DNA of 62,174 nucleotides, counting the filler, from Choristocarpus tenellus KU-1152 (taxonomy: Eukaryota; Protista; Phaeophyceae): the NCBI GenBank assembly GCA_964200185.2. It is 10 parts of 10 records of this genome, joined end to end, with 100 filler letters (N's around TTAATTAATTAA, not from the genome) between each part and the next. Parts side by side here need not be neighbours in the genome. Positions count along the whole stretch, not along the records: positions 21,121 to 28,806 come from CAXNAD020005755.1; positions 28,907 to 31,681 come from CAXNAD020024856.1; positions 31,782 to 36,361 come from CAXNAD020013925.1; positions 36,462 to 40,461 come from CAXNAD020016730.1; 6 more parts are not named here. The stretch is one strand, 5' to 3'. Made by a program: the position numbers and the translations under genes. Shown here piece by piece: positions 24,729-37,916 of the stretch; the first letter of the stretch is position 1, and every line of letters starts with the position of its first letter. The notes under the pieces are model-generated. The model searched no databases. It was not told the DNA's origin and saw nothing but the letters and a program-made list of their open reading frames with translations.

Positions 24729-27700
24729 CATCAAACTTCTTAATGGAGTGTAGGCTACAATTGTAAGAGGGGAGTCCCAAGCGCTAGAACGAGTTTCCCT
24801 TATTCCTTGGCTTCGTAATCTTCAACAAATTGTCTATCATACCTCTGTCATGTGGATTGGCTCAATACGATGTCAGGTTAATAGGTCCAGTGCCTGGTTC
24901 GAGGGGAATGTCTGCTCCAGCAGTCGTGCAAGTTCCCAATTCTGAGGTATCGAGGGAAAACATTCAACAGAATCTGGCACATAGGTCCAGCGTTTCCTGA
25001 ACTTGAGCAGATAAGAAGGTTGAGTCGGTGAAAGTGAGATTCAGCACGATGTCAAGGCGAGTTTGTTCGGGTGGGGGCAGAGATGTTGTTGAAGGTAGAG
25101 CACTGATGTAAGTGTGTTTTATGCTGACTATCTACTGGGCAGATTCGAGCAAGTAGAGTATCCCTTAGCAATTTGACTGTTTCGAAAGACAATAGGAAGT
25201 TGTACCAATCCTGAACCATCATCAACATTCCATGTTGTAACTGTGCGAGCATTAGCAACAAATCGCCAAGGATTATTGACATTTAGTGGATTAATGTCAT
25301 GGAATGAACAGATTCATAGTTCTAAAAACAGCATCACAAGTAACGGATGGGGTTTTATTACCTACAGCAGCTACAAGAGTATCTGACCCCGTGGGAATGG
25401 GATTTTTTTCCTGAGGCAAAATGGGAGAGATTGAACATGAGGCTGTGTAACTGCTATTTGAAAAGGCTTAGGTTAAAAATCAGCAGAAGAATGGGCAATA
25501 CGATGTATGTCAAGTATAATAATGATACTTTTTTTTATTGACAACATCTGAGCTTGCCAATCGTATATTCCTCCAAAGGCGATAAGAAGAAGAACACTCT
25601 TATCCAAAAGGACATCATCAGGCTCTAAGGTGAGCAACACCAAAGCGTCATCTGGGATAGTGATATAACATAATTGTAGAAAAACCTGATGAACCCCATT
25701 ATGGTCAAGGCACTGCCATCTGCGAAGCACAGGTTGATTTCACCTGGTGGAATAGGTTCAATAAGGGAATTCTGTAGGGAAGTGTGGCAGGTAAAAATCT
25801 GTAAGAAATGCATGGGATGTCACTAGCCGTATCTAAAGTTAGTGTGGCAGGTGTATTCATTTTTTTCCCCTTCAACACGAACATGTTCAGAAGATTATTC
25901 GAGAGACAAAGGAAGAGAGGCATAGTGCGATAAGGCACTGGTGAACCATATTGAAGTAGTAACACGATGAGGGTTACCGTCTGCACCTACAGAAAAATAA
26001 GTCGGACGTGAAGCATGTTTATTCTGGAAATCCCGAGAAATAAGTTTTCGTTGAGGTGCGAGGGGTACTGAGTGCTTATTGAAGGTTTGGAGAGTCGACA
26101 GACTGGACATATGGGACACAAGCAGTGGATATGCCCGGATAACCTTGAGTAAAGTTGGTGCCGGAGAATCAGTCAGTGAGATTATTCGGCATTTGAAGTA
26201 TTCACAGTTGGGCAGATAAGCGTAATTCATCTTTGCCTTCCGTGTTTTGAAAATATAGCATGATAGCATTGTAATCTGAGATCGAAGGTAAATAGGTCAT
26301 TCAGGCACGATCTTTGGTTGTTTGAGACCACGATGTGAATCGTGAAGTTGAAGTGTGACATGCATGCGGTCGTGTGAGGATAGATGCAGATTGCCTAACA
26401 CTAGTCAAGTCCCCTGTTTCTATTAAGTTCCAGATGAGGTCTATGTTTCGTATATGGTTTCCTCGACTGCTTCCTTCAACTCTGCATTGATGCACAGCCC
26501 AGCAGTGAACAACGATAATGGCTGAACCGGTAGAGTTGGTGATTGCATCTGCGATGACGTTGAAGGGACATTTTTATGGTCTGAGTACCAGGGGGTGTTA
26601 AGGGTGAGGGCTGACTGAGAGGGTGGTCATCTGTAGACATCAACGGTGGGCGAATTGTTGGTCTACCACCAAGAAATCTTTGTCTACAAGGTTCCGTATG
26701 ATTTATGAAGTAAAAGGTTCCTTCCATGTTCTAGGAAATCTTCATCAAATGAAGTATGATTGCATTGGTGAGAAGGCGATAAAGAAGCGTTCTCTTTGCA
26801 TTCCTCTGCCGTGAAAATCTGGAATCGATTCTGTGTTGTACGGAACGTGTCGTGTGGTCTCCTTGATCGGAATAATGTGGCATACAGTGATAGGGCAGGT
26901 GTGGTTCTCTAAGTACGCACAATAAACTAAGAATGTCCCACAAAGTGCTGTTGAAGTACTCCCCTTTGCTGAATTTTGGTGTCACTTTTTGTGTGGAAAG
27001 GGGGAACATCATATTTGTGTACGCTATTTTGCATCTCTCCCACTTCAGAACTGCTGCCGTTCGCCGCTGTGAAATAGATGGAAACTGGAAGACAGCTTCT
27101 TCAGACTGAAGGAGAATGGGAAGACCCACAGGAGGAAGGGGTTCGAGAGAGACAACAACCCCTCAGAAGGTCGCCCAGCGAAGGATTGAAAAGGAAAGAG
27201 TAGCGAAAGAAGGGGATTTGTAACTTCCACTCGAACCGCCCGGTATTTCCTTCAAGAAGCAAGTGCTGATGTCATATGATGACAAAGGTTGAGGTATATC
27301 TTCTCAAGAAGGGCACTTTAAAGGTATACGTTGGTCGGAAGGTGGACATCACATGTAGGGTATATACATGTTTAGAAGCTGTTAGAGCATCAAATATAGT
27401 AGTCCTTTCTGTGGTGGTTATATGTTTGACCCAAAGTAATGAAGAGGTAGACATGCAAACTTGGTTTGGATCCAACGCCATCTTTGGTACTGTATGAAAA
27501 TGCACCCTATTATTTCATTGTTTTATGGACACAATAGTGTATGCAATACACATATGTATATAGTTTTCATTGGTTTTCCCCTGACACATCTGCAAAATGT
27601 CAGAGGGCATAATAATATATATAGTGTATGCAAAATTGTTATTCCGGGTGTTTCCAAACAGAGAGTACCACCATACAGTTCACAATTAATTGCACAAAAA

Positions 27701-27959
27701 AACGTATTTTTACTGTTTCTAGGGTCATTGAAATCCAGTCATCCTTACCTCTCATTCTGTTGGCTCTTGGTTGTATTTCTTCGCATGATCTTTCCTCTTG
27801 TCTACTCTCAATTTTCCGAGTATGTGTTGTTCGTTCTTCCCTTCTCTGCTTTATGATTCTTTATATTCATTCGTTGTTGCCTTCTTCCCTTCATAATTCT
27901 TCTGTTTTTCCTACATAATAGTCCCTTCAACATGATATTATTTACTATCAATATGCACG

Positions 27960-28640
27960 TATATTTCGTATACGATCCCCCACTCAAGGTGGTTGGCGTA
28001 TCACAAAAGATAGGAGTAGTTTCTTTTGTGGTGACGTTGTATTCCTTACTAAATCTATCCTTTCTCCAATATCTGTTTTGCTACTAGAATATACTTGGAA
28101 GTACTATATTTTGTTCCCTTCTCCTTATTGTTTCTATTATTTTTCTTACATGACAATCCTTTGTAGTACCCATCATGAAATTCATTGTATAATTGTATGA
28201 ATGAAGTGCTAACTCCTAGTTAAGAGGGTATAATTCTCTAGTGTTAGAAACATTTCGATATAATTAGGAAATATAATTTTGTTTTGATTCTCATTTGAAT
28301 TCTACCTGGATATGGTTGTATGAATATCTATGATGGGGTGCCGCAAGCAAAGGGAATTGTTGTAAACTTTGTACGTATCGAGTTGAAGGAAGTATGGGAG
28401 CAAATATATACAATATTCAGCTTTTACAAATTTGTAATGTTTTTTTTTGTTTATATATCCATCTCTCCATATAAAATATAGTATTCCGTGATTTGATGTT
28501 TTGGTGAAGGTATTGGTGAGATAGATAATGAGAACTACTTTGAAAAACTCATGTGTATTATACCGTGTAGAATAAATAGTACTATTGGTTATTCTTCCAA
28601 CCACTATTTTACCGGATAGAATTGGCATAGTAAATTGTAT
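27960..28640 (-). mobile_element. Very AT-rich decayed Gypsy integrase C-terminus/chromodomain-like remnant
   Basis: TNSTIYSTRYNTHEF resembles YNS..HSTTGxTPF; FPYNISKVLTLENY resembles GPY.I..V....NY; WVLQRIV resembles a chromodomain start. Confidence 0.45.
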
Positions 28641-28806
28641 CCAAGAGTAATGTGAGGACTTGAATGAAAAGGAGACGACTGTGAATCGTGTGATTCTGTG
28701 GCGGCGTGGTTCACTCAGGCAAGGGTGGCGGACCAGAGGAACAAGGACGAACCGTGACCGAGGGTACGAGATTAAGGTTGTCCAAGTGTAAACTTAGGAG
28801 TGAGAA

Positions 28807-28906
28807 NNNNNNNNNNNNNNNNNNNNNNNNNNNNNNNNNNNNNNNNNNNNTTAATTAATTAANNNNNNNNNNNNNNNNNNNNNNNNNNNNNNNNNNNNNN
28901 NNNNNN
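28807..28906. other. Artificial contig linker
   Basis: Same linker. Confidence 0.97.
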
Positions 28907-29031
28907 ACACCCCCCCCCCCCCCCCCCAAAAAAAAAAAAAAGTAAGTTGAAACAGTCTATTTTTTCCTCTTCATTCCAGGTTCCAAATTCCACTCAACAA
29001 CACAAACACACACACAAAGGCAGCTACACAC

Positions 29032-29969
29032 CGGATTGTTTCCTTAACCACAGCATCTGCAGCTGCCACACTCAGCTGCAGGTCTGCTTGCTTGTCCCTC
29101 AGCCGTTCTCGCAGGTCCTCTACCCCTGGCTCACCCCAACTCAGCGACCCTGCCTCCACAAATGCTGCAGACACCAACTCCCTGGAGTTGATAAAAAAAA
29201 GGGGGTGACAACAGCAGTGGTTTTGATTTGATATCACAACACCACAGGGGTACAACACAAAAAAAAGGAAGTCAGGGGTTAGGGTTAGTGAAAGGGGGGG
29301 GCGGGGTTGAGAGGAAGGGCGATGGGGGCCTTGACTGAGGGTTCCACCTGTAAACAATTTTATGTTAATAGTAAGATATTACTAGCATTTCAAAGTGGGA
29401 TGAATTTCAAGCAAACAGGAAGCACAAAGAAAGCCCTTCAAAGATCAAATTAAGTATCCCGGTTTTTGACACCTGCATCTTTTTTAGCCTACCTACCTAC
29501 CTACCTACTTACCTTCACAGACATAGAAACAGGGGAACGAGGAGAGTACCTAGATGTATAAAGTCCACCAAAATAGTCCACTTTGACCCTAGACCATTAA
29601 CATACAAATTCTACTCCACCATTTATCAATCCCCATGTTAAAAAGACCACCAACCTAGCCTTAATCCTAACACCCTAACCCTAACCAAGAGTAAATCATA
29701 GTAACATACTCAAAACTCTCCCTTCTCCCCCCCTCTGACACACCAAGCAACCCTCAGGCCCGCCATCATTCATTAACAAATTAGAATACCATTCATTAAC
29801 ACCACACTAACACAACGGCATCATCCTTTTCACAATACCTATATATTGGTGCAGTCACTGACTCCAGGGCTCTCTCCCCTTCAAACTGACTGACCCCCAT
29901 GATGCCCCTGAGCCTACTGAGCCGCATTCGATCGTCCTCCAACAGTTTCCCCTTCCTCTCGAGCAGGTC
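29032..29969 (-). CDS. Two internal exons of a helical protein, possibly plastid translocon Tic110-like
   Basis: Exons 29839-29969 and 29032-29181 splice in frame (AG|G): DLLERKGKLLEDDRMRLSRLRGIMGVSQFEGERALESVTAPIYRELVSAAFVEAG. Resembles the algal Tic110 repeat pattern from memory only. Confidence 0.45.
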
Positions 29970-30125
29970 CTGTTCCATAAAGATTGTCATTCCGCATCGG
30001 GTTTGATTTGATTTGATTTGATTTGGTACGATATGATATGATTTGATATGATATATGAGGTGATTTGTTTTTGGATAGGGTCTTACGCGTGCAATTAGAG
30101 GCTTGTACTAAAAAAAAAATCAAGT

Positions 30126-30193
<68 letters not shown>

Positions 30194-30882
30194 TATTTTT
30201 TTGGGTTTTTTTTTTTTCCTTTTTTTTTTTTTTTTGTTTTTTTTTTCTCTTGTTTGTTAGAGTATACNNNNNNNNNNAAAATTTTTATTTTATGCTTGTA
30301 CTAAAAAAAAAATCAAGTTATTTTTTTTTTTTTTCTAGATGTATGTATATATATATGGTTATAGCTTTCAGTGTCTTTCAGTAAAGTATACAAATAAAAT
30401 AATAATAAAAAAAATAAAATAATAAAAAACCCAGTCGATTGCAGATTGTACAACAAAGGATCGACCAACGTGAGAAAGGTCACATAAAGTGAAAGAAGTA
30501 TTTTCATTGGTCACATAAAATGAAAGAAGTATTTCATTGGTCGGTTCTTCGTCATCGTCGCCAGATAGATAACAGAAGCCGCCCAAGGCAATGATGGCGA
30601 AGGATCGACCAATGAGAAAGCCCCCTTTCTCTTGCAACCCTTTCCAGTTTTACTAGCTAGTCGTAGTATCATCAACAACTGCTGTAACTTTCTTGGAGGT
30701 ACACCTTTATTCGGCATCAAAACACCTTTATTTGGCATGAAACACCTTCAAAACACTGGTATCTGTTTTGAACTTTAAAACAGTGAAGGAAGAAATAAAT
30801 AGCATCGCACTTTCCCAATATAATAAATACACTCTACTCTCTCTGGACAATTAAAACCATTTTGACAACGGCATCCAGAAGT

Positions 30883-30986
30883 ACATTTCATTCCGAATCT
30901 AAGTACATTCTATTCCAAATCTAAGTACATTCTATTCCAAATCTAAGTATATTCTATTCCAAATCTAAGCACATTCCATTCCGAAT
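30883..30986. repeat. 22-bp tandem repeat x~5
   Basis: tacattctattccaaatctaag copies. Confidence 0.9.
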
Positions 30987-31234
30987 TTCTGTTCCAAATT
31001 TCCCTGTCAACCACTTTCTATCACACAAGAAGTGCACATTAAAAATATATATATATATATATTTTTTACCTTTCACACTATTATTAACTAATTAGTCAAT
31101 ATGTACTCACACACTCCAGGGTTAGGGATTTGGGGGTGATGGAAGAGACAAGTCCTTCGATTCAATCACTTTTAATTTTTTCTCCACAAAACAAAAAGCT
31201 GAAACTTGAAGAGCAGACTTCCAATCTTCACAGA

Positions 31235-31592
31235 TCTCTAACCCTAATTGCAACATACTTACAAAGGGGGATCCCTAACCCTAATTGCAATAACTAAAAC
31301 ACATACATCACCGACCCCAATCACAACATTCGAAGGGAAATCCCTAACTCTAACTACATAAAAAATAACCATAATACACACAAATGGGCATCCCTAGCCC
31401 TACTTATGACAAAATAAAAAAGAGATCCCTAACCCCGATAACAAACATTAAAAAAATAAAAAAGGCATCCCTAACCCAGATTGTTAAACAAATACCAAAC
31501 CCCCAACAGGTAGAGGGGGATCCAAGGCCATCAATGCACCAATACTTTTTTTGCAATCAGTGTCACCCTAACCCTAACCCTAACCCTAACCT
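31235..31592 (+). repeat. Telomere-like CCCTAA motifs, dispersed and ending in (CCCTAA)4
   Basis: atccctaacc-type motifs at ~31271, 31340, 31390, 31425 and 31467; tandem run at 31566-31591. Confidence 0.7.
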
Positions 31593-31651
31593 CAACTGCT
31601 ACCTTCCCATACACACTAAAACAAAAAATATATAACTTGACACTGATTACG

Positions 31652-31681
31652 GGCTCAAAGTACCTGGGGGAGAGGGGGGGG
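31652..31681. mobile_element. MITE family A terminus (contig end)
   Basis: ggctcaaagtacctggggg. Confidence 0.7.
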
Positions 31682-31781
31682 NNNNNNNNNNNNNNNNNNN
31701 NNNNNNNNNNNNNNNNNNNNNNNNNTTAATTAATTAANNNNNNNNNNNNNNNNNNNNNNNNNNNNNNNNNNNNNNNNNNNN
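31682..31781. other. Artificial contig linker
   Basis: Same linker. Confidence 0.97.
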
Positions 31782-32735
31782 CACTGTATTGGGCATGAAC
31801 CAATCATCTATTGCTCGGAAAAGCTCGCTTGGGCTTTGTTGCGTATAGCACAGTGCCCTGGTGGTGGGTGCAACGAGAGCAACAGTAAGTGCATGGTAGG
31901 CCTCTTCGGCAATCAAAATATCATTCGCACTGAAGCTGTCTGAGAGAAGTTCCTCGTAGGAGCGTTCTTGATTGACTGGTCTTTGACTTGTCAACGCATC
32001 CAAGCAGTGAGTATATCGGCAATGCACGATGAAACGCCTTCGCCAGTCCCGGTAGTCCGAGTCGTCCAATAGCTTCGGTTGTTGGGTTCTCGATCTCTTT
32101 GTCGTAGGGCCCACAATATGTGCGCCTGTCCCCAAGCTCTCCGAAGAACCGGACCTCCGGCTTGCTCCACTTCTGATGCTCGCAGCATCCAAACTGTTTG
32201 CCCTCTCTGGGAAATTTGCCCTCAACATGGGTTCCATAGGACCCACTTCAACTGGTACGCCCCCAGCCGGAGGCCGTGTGCTGGGCACAGCGGCCTGGAC
32301 GACAGGATGATTTCCGTCACCGACTTTGAGTCAAAGTATCTTAGAGGGCAGAGCCGCGTCCATTTGGGGGCCAAAATCCAACGTTGCGATTTTGATTGAT
32401 TTCGCCTATCATATTTGTTAGGAGATATCGATATCCTTGTTCCGGACACACTTTTTCATAACATAAACATTTTGCCTTCTCCGAAACATTTTGGGCTAGG
32501 TAAAATGTCATTAACAACCTGTTGGAACTCAAGCCCCAAATGGACAAATAAGGAAAAACTCGTACCCTCTAAGATACTTTCACTCCTCTTTCAGACCGAA
32601 CCATGACATTGCCAACGTTTCTTGACAACTCCGCTACCGTCGCCATAAGCTGTCTGAATTCTTGGACAGATGGGCCCTCGGAAGGAACAGGTTCCCACAA
32701 TTCTTGAAACGCATCTCCTCGTGTAGACACGATGA
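31782..32735 (-). mobile_element. Ty1/Copia gag N-terminus, interrupted by MITE-B and truncated by contig end
   Basis: DYRDWRRRFIVHC..AYHALTVAL..SPSELFRAIDDWFMP (Retrotran_gag_2-like). Possible degenerate copia-type PBS (rc ttatggggcc) near 32875. Confidence 0.75.
32328..32585. mobile_element. MITE family B inserted in Copia gag
   Basis: Full TIRs; TSD cttt/ctct. Removing it restores the gag frame. Confidence 0.92.
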
Positions 32736-33019
32736 AATGATGAGTGAAAACCTAAGGTTCAATATATTATGTTAAAGTATCCCCAAAATCATCAAAGAGA
32801 ATAAAGGTGATAAACCCGGCGGTTTGCTTGATGTCTGTAGATTGATTGATTAAATTTAGATGGGGCATGCAAGGCCCCATAAAATCAGGAATATTACCTT
32901 TTATATGAGAAAAATTCTCATTCAAGTAATCACTTGAAAAGGTTCTGATACCTCAACCACTAATTGATTGTTCCATTACTCCATACATGTTTTACCGTAA
33001 CTGTCCGATAGAGTTGGAA

Positions 33020-33800
33020 GAGTCTAATCGAACACATATCCTGCATCAGGAATCGCCAACTTGTTGCTCATCGGCAGCCCATCTTCACTGGACTCCTGCA
33101 ACACCCCACCGCACCACCTACCTACCTGCCCATTCGTCCTTCACTGTACTGCTAGCCCCTGGTCTTGGTCCTCATCTGTACTCTACATGTGCCGCGGTGA
33201 CTATTGGCTGGACTACAGTGATCTCCCACACCCCCTACCTGGTCAATGGCAAGACGAGTATACCCCTCAGGACCTCGGGCTCCCTGTACCACTTGGACTT
33301 CTCCCCGCGCCCCCCAACCCCACCCCCCACCATCCCATAAACTTCCCTCCTTCCCCTCCCTGCCCCCACAACCACCCCTGCCACCACCTTTTCAGCCCTA
33401 CTCCTTTGACACATTCACCTTGCCAACCTCAATGACCAGGACCTTCACCACCGCAAAATGATCCATCCCACTGTCCTGAATTTTCCACCACGGCCTGGGC
33501 TGAACGTCAGTGGCATACCATCTTCCCAAAGCCCGTCGCATCCTCAACAACACAGAACTTCTCAAAACCTCTGACTCGAAGATGTAGCCACTGCTATCCA
33601 CCCCACCAACCTTTCCACCACTCAACGATCTCAACCTTACACATTCGAAACACCACCAACATCCCCAAAATCCTCTGGGCTGAAGTCATTGTCACCCGCA
33701 CGTACCTTCCCAATCTTCTACATTCCAAACACCACCAACATTCCCAAAGGTGCTCTGGCATGAAGCCGTTGCCACCCCCACCCACCTTACCACCTTCCCA
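33020..33800 (+). mobile_element. Decayed Ty1/Copia pol fragment (protease end, GAG-pre-integrase, integrase end)
   Basis: VLLAPGLGPHLYS..GSLYHLDF, DLHHRKMIH and PKILWAEVIVTRTYLPN. Confidence 0.65.
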
Positions 33801-36361
33801 CAGCCTTAACACTACCGACCTATCAAAAACACACAGACCTCAGCCACACCATCATCACCCCCACCATCAGCCCCACCATTGCCACAACCAATATCAACCC
33901 AACCACCTACCCGCCACCGAACCTGGTCAAGACCCGCCCCCGACTTGCCCTTAGCTTGCCACCATATCCACCCACAGTTCCACCTTCCACCCCACCCACT
34001 CTGAAGCTCCCTACAGCTGACCCATCCACAGTCCCTCCAACCCACCCCTCCCAAACACATAAACAGTACCCTCCCCTTCATCTGTACTGCTGCTGGTTCA
34101 ACTGATCTCCTCCCCAGCATTGTCACTTAGGCCTTGTTCTCAGCTAGCTGATAGACTGACCCTCTCCTGAGTATGGTTGCCGCAGGCCTCATTCTCACTC
34201 CCTTCAAAGTCCATACTATTGGCCGTGCCTTGTCTTCCTGGAGAAGAGTACAATGCCATTTTTTGGGAGAAACACAGGGAACACACAATGAATGGCATTA
34301 GAGCAACGGAGACTATTTTGAGAGACAGGAAATGAGGCAGCGACTCCTAAATCAATTTGTGATGTAGAAAGGAATTCGTTTGAACCACTTCAAGCTGTGA
34401 CCAAGACAGGACGCTGAGCGAAGAAACAGCATTATACTCTCAAAACAGCGGAACATGCAACAGAACTTATTTTGCGTCCTACTGGGCCTAGACATGTTTG
34501 GGAAGGCTAGGTTGACTACATTCAACGTCTATATGGTGTTTTTTTACTGTTGTCGTGGTGACTGGTGGCTCAGACGAGATTTAATGCTGAAATGAGAAGG
34601 TGGGTCGGACTGGAAGAAAACAGATGTGCAGGATCCGCAATTCAGGTTCTGTCAAAAAAACCGTTTGATATTAACAACTGTGGGTCTTTGTCATAAAAGT
34701 TTTCTTAGCTGATACAGTTGACGAAATATTGTGTTCCTATTCCAAAACAAACTCCGTGCCATAAAGATCAACACAATGGTCATTCCAAAAATCACTGACC
34801 AGGGACGAAAAGACCCCTTCCAGTTCTTAAAAAACTCTTTGTCTGCTACATGCATTGTTTACTTTATATTGTACATGTCAATGAATGCGTTTCAGAACTT
34901 TGAAATAGTTGAAAAAAATGCTTGGTCACTAAGATCATATTCAGTATTTTCACCCCTTTCGACTTCACCTTGGACATAGTAAACACACCAATACAATGCT
35001 CCATTAGGCCTAACATGGTAGCCATGCATCTATACTCACAAGGTGTGAAGTCCTGGTTGTTCATACGTCCTTTCCCTCCCCCAGGACAAACGAGGTAGCC
35101 TTCACCCCTGATGCTTGCTGCTACTGTGGAGGCAGCAACATTCCACTGAAGTCCTTGGCAGGGTTGGGCAAGGAGAATAGATCTTGGCCATGGGTCATAT
35201 AATTTGTAATTCGAAGTGCTTTGAGAAGTTTGTCGATCATAAGTGTTATGTTTGGTGCTAGAATTCGGGAGGATCTGGATAGATTCTGGTCACTACCTGG
35301 TCAAAAAAATAGGAAATGATTTGTTTTGGACTGTGTGCCTGGAGGACAGTGTCCCAACGCTAATGACCCTCAAAGGCATGCTCGCCACTCTTGGCAATGA
35401 ACACACGAAGGATGGATCTTATTTGTTGTTGTATGTACCTGCATACATGTATTTGTGGTTTTGGTGGCATATCAGCATAGCATCCCAATTTAGGTGAGGG
35501 AGTATTGCTTGTTGCTGCTGTGTGGTGAGTGCCTGTTGCAGTTATGTTGAATCAAACACAGCTGAAAGTAAGTGGTTTGAAATTGTGTCTCTTATTCACA
35601 ATACACTTGTAGTTGTGAGATCGGGACAAGCGCCACACCACAAAAAACACTGCTCACCCCCCCCCCCCCCCCCCCCCCCTTTTCCTACAAAAGCCTTCCA
35701 TTTATAATTTTTGGCCCTTTTTNNNNNNNNNNATTCTAGAGTAAACTCCATCTCCATCTTCAATTCCCCCTTCCTCCCTTGTGTCATAAAAGGCCTTTCA
35801 ATTACTATTAGTGGTCCTTCTGTGTTTAGTAGTTTTCTTCTCCTTGCTGTTAGACACTTTAGATTGATGCAGCAGCATACAAGCATTTGGGGTTAGGTGG
35901 CATAAGGGTGTAGTGTGCCGATTTAGGTGAGGGATTGTTGTTTGTTGTTACTGGCATTGCTGTGTGGTGAGTTACCTTTGTTGTTGTAATCCTGTTTTGG
36001 TACAGCCGACGGTGAGTGGTTTGACATTGCATATCCCTTCAACATTACAGCCACACAGTACTCTACTGCTGCTACTAGTAGTGCAGTTACTATTTCTTCC
36101 TTACATTTTTCCTTTTCTCCATCTCCTTGTATACAATTGCACCCTTCAGCATTGCTACCATTGATGATATTGCTCAGTACACAGTACTACAATCGTCATT
36201 CAAAGAGTCATCACTGCTACTAGCACTACGCAATAACACAATAAAGTGAAGATGATTGACTGCACATAATTACGAGTAATACCGTTGACGACCACAACAA
36301 CAACGCTAGAAGTCACAGCCAATCACCGAAATTGAGGATGGAGCATATTATGGAGGATGGG

Positions 36362-36461
36362 NNNNNNNNNNNNNNNNNNNNNNNNNNNNNNNNNNNNNNN
36401 NNNNNTTAATTAATTAANNNNNNNNNNNNNNNNNNNNNNNNNNNNNNNNNNNNNNNNNNNN
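36362..36461. other. Artificial contig linker
   Basis: Same linker. Confidence 0.97.
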
Positions 36462-37916
36462 CGTAGTGCTGAAGTTTTCTCTGCTGTTATTTCTTTATAT
36501 ATTTATTTTTTATTTTTTGGGGGAAGAAATGGAAACAGATGCTTAACGCTCCCTCTCCCAACTAACCGTTCTCTCCGAGGTCCTCTTTTCCTTCTCTGTG
36601 GTTCTCGCAAGTACTTCATTAGAACTGGGACTTTTGATTGAACTTTTGATTCAATTGTCCGAGGGATTGCCCAGAGATCCGTGCACACTCCAGTGGTTGG
36701 ACAAAGCACCACAATCAGAAATATCCGAAACCAGGACCTAGCTCCCAGTCGAACATTTGAGATCCAAAAACTAGTACTTTCTTTTTGTTTGTGAAGAGGT
36801 CCAGGGTACTCTGCGAGCTGTTCATGAAAATATATATATATATATATACACATCGTTTCAGGGGGGATGAGCACCAAGCCCTCGATCTCCGTGGTGAAAA
36901 CTAGAATTGACTTCGATCTATCGATACTTGCTACATCGGTTCAAGCATGTTCTACTTCATAATTACGTAGGAGAAGAAGGTTTCTTAATGAGGGGGTCAG
37001 CATCAAGTTTCAGCTTCGTGTACATTTTTTTGCCTAGCAGGTACTCTACAAAGGGTCTACTTTGAAGTATAAGCAAAGATTAAAGTGCCGAATTTTAATA
37101 CACTTTTTTCTGTATTTTTCCTACAAATGGCTGGAGACTGTAACAATTGAAATATCAGGCTACTGCATGGTGTAAGTTGTCTCTCTGCAAGGAGCAGTGC
37201 AGGCAGTCTGTGCCACCTGGCCTGCAGCCATGGAACTTTATGTACACACAGGAGGTGCATCGTCTCCAGAGTCTGTGAAGTGTGGGACAAGCGGCCCCTT
37301 GTTCATAGGTGCAACTGATTAAGAGGGTAAATGGACAAAATCGGACTTGATCATTGTGTAAATGGATGATAACTCGACCAATGCAACTATATTGACGTTG
37401 TTTGGTAGTCTCAATTCTTACGCTATGAGGACGTGAACGTTAGGCATGAGCTTGGATCCTTCTTTTTTTTTTCAACCTTCTGACATGGGGTTGAAGGCAG
37501 AGGGGTCATTTCTCGCCTTTGCGAGAGACTGACTCTGCCATGGTGCTGGGAAGTAGGAATGACATAGAACCTCATGTCACAGAAACCTTGTCATTGCTGT
37601 TCTAACACAGCATACATTCAAGGCGATGGAATTGTAATTTCATCGTCGGGCGTCCAACGTGTACCTTGAGCAGACCCTGGATAAATATTAACTAACATAT
37701 TGCCCAACTGCACACACACCCCTGATGTTGACTGCATAAAGGAGTGAGTACTCTAAAGAATAAAATTGTAGGGCGTGTGCACTGTAGCTTCACTCTGCTA
37801 CGGCTGTGTTTGAGCACAAACAGAAAAAAAAAGTCGTATGCACTTCTTCTTGGTCTACAATAGTATACCCTACAATTGTGTACCCTCTTCCTGTTGCTCT
37901 TCACTCCCTCCCTCAG

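Larger units (their letters stand above)
23127..27230 (-). mobile_element. Decayed Ty3/Gypsy gag-pol (protease, pre-RT, RNase H end, integrase)
   Basis: Protease TLDTASDIPCIS (~25830). Pre-RT ELGTC..IPLEPGTGPI (~24900). RNase H end KLTRWAFTLQ..HKPG..VADDLS (~24500). Integrase H..GGH..CERCQLC, PFEWVAVD and FGAPEILHSDLGSE. The gag boundary is approximate. Confidence 0.85.

Noticed and set aside
30065-30304. Poly-Phe ORF
   Set aside because: Low-quality poly-T tract beside a gap
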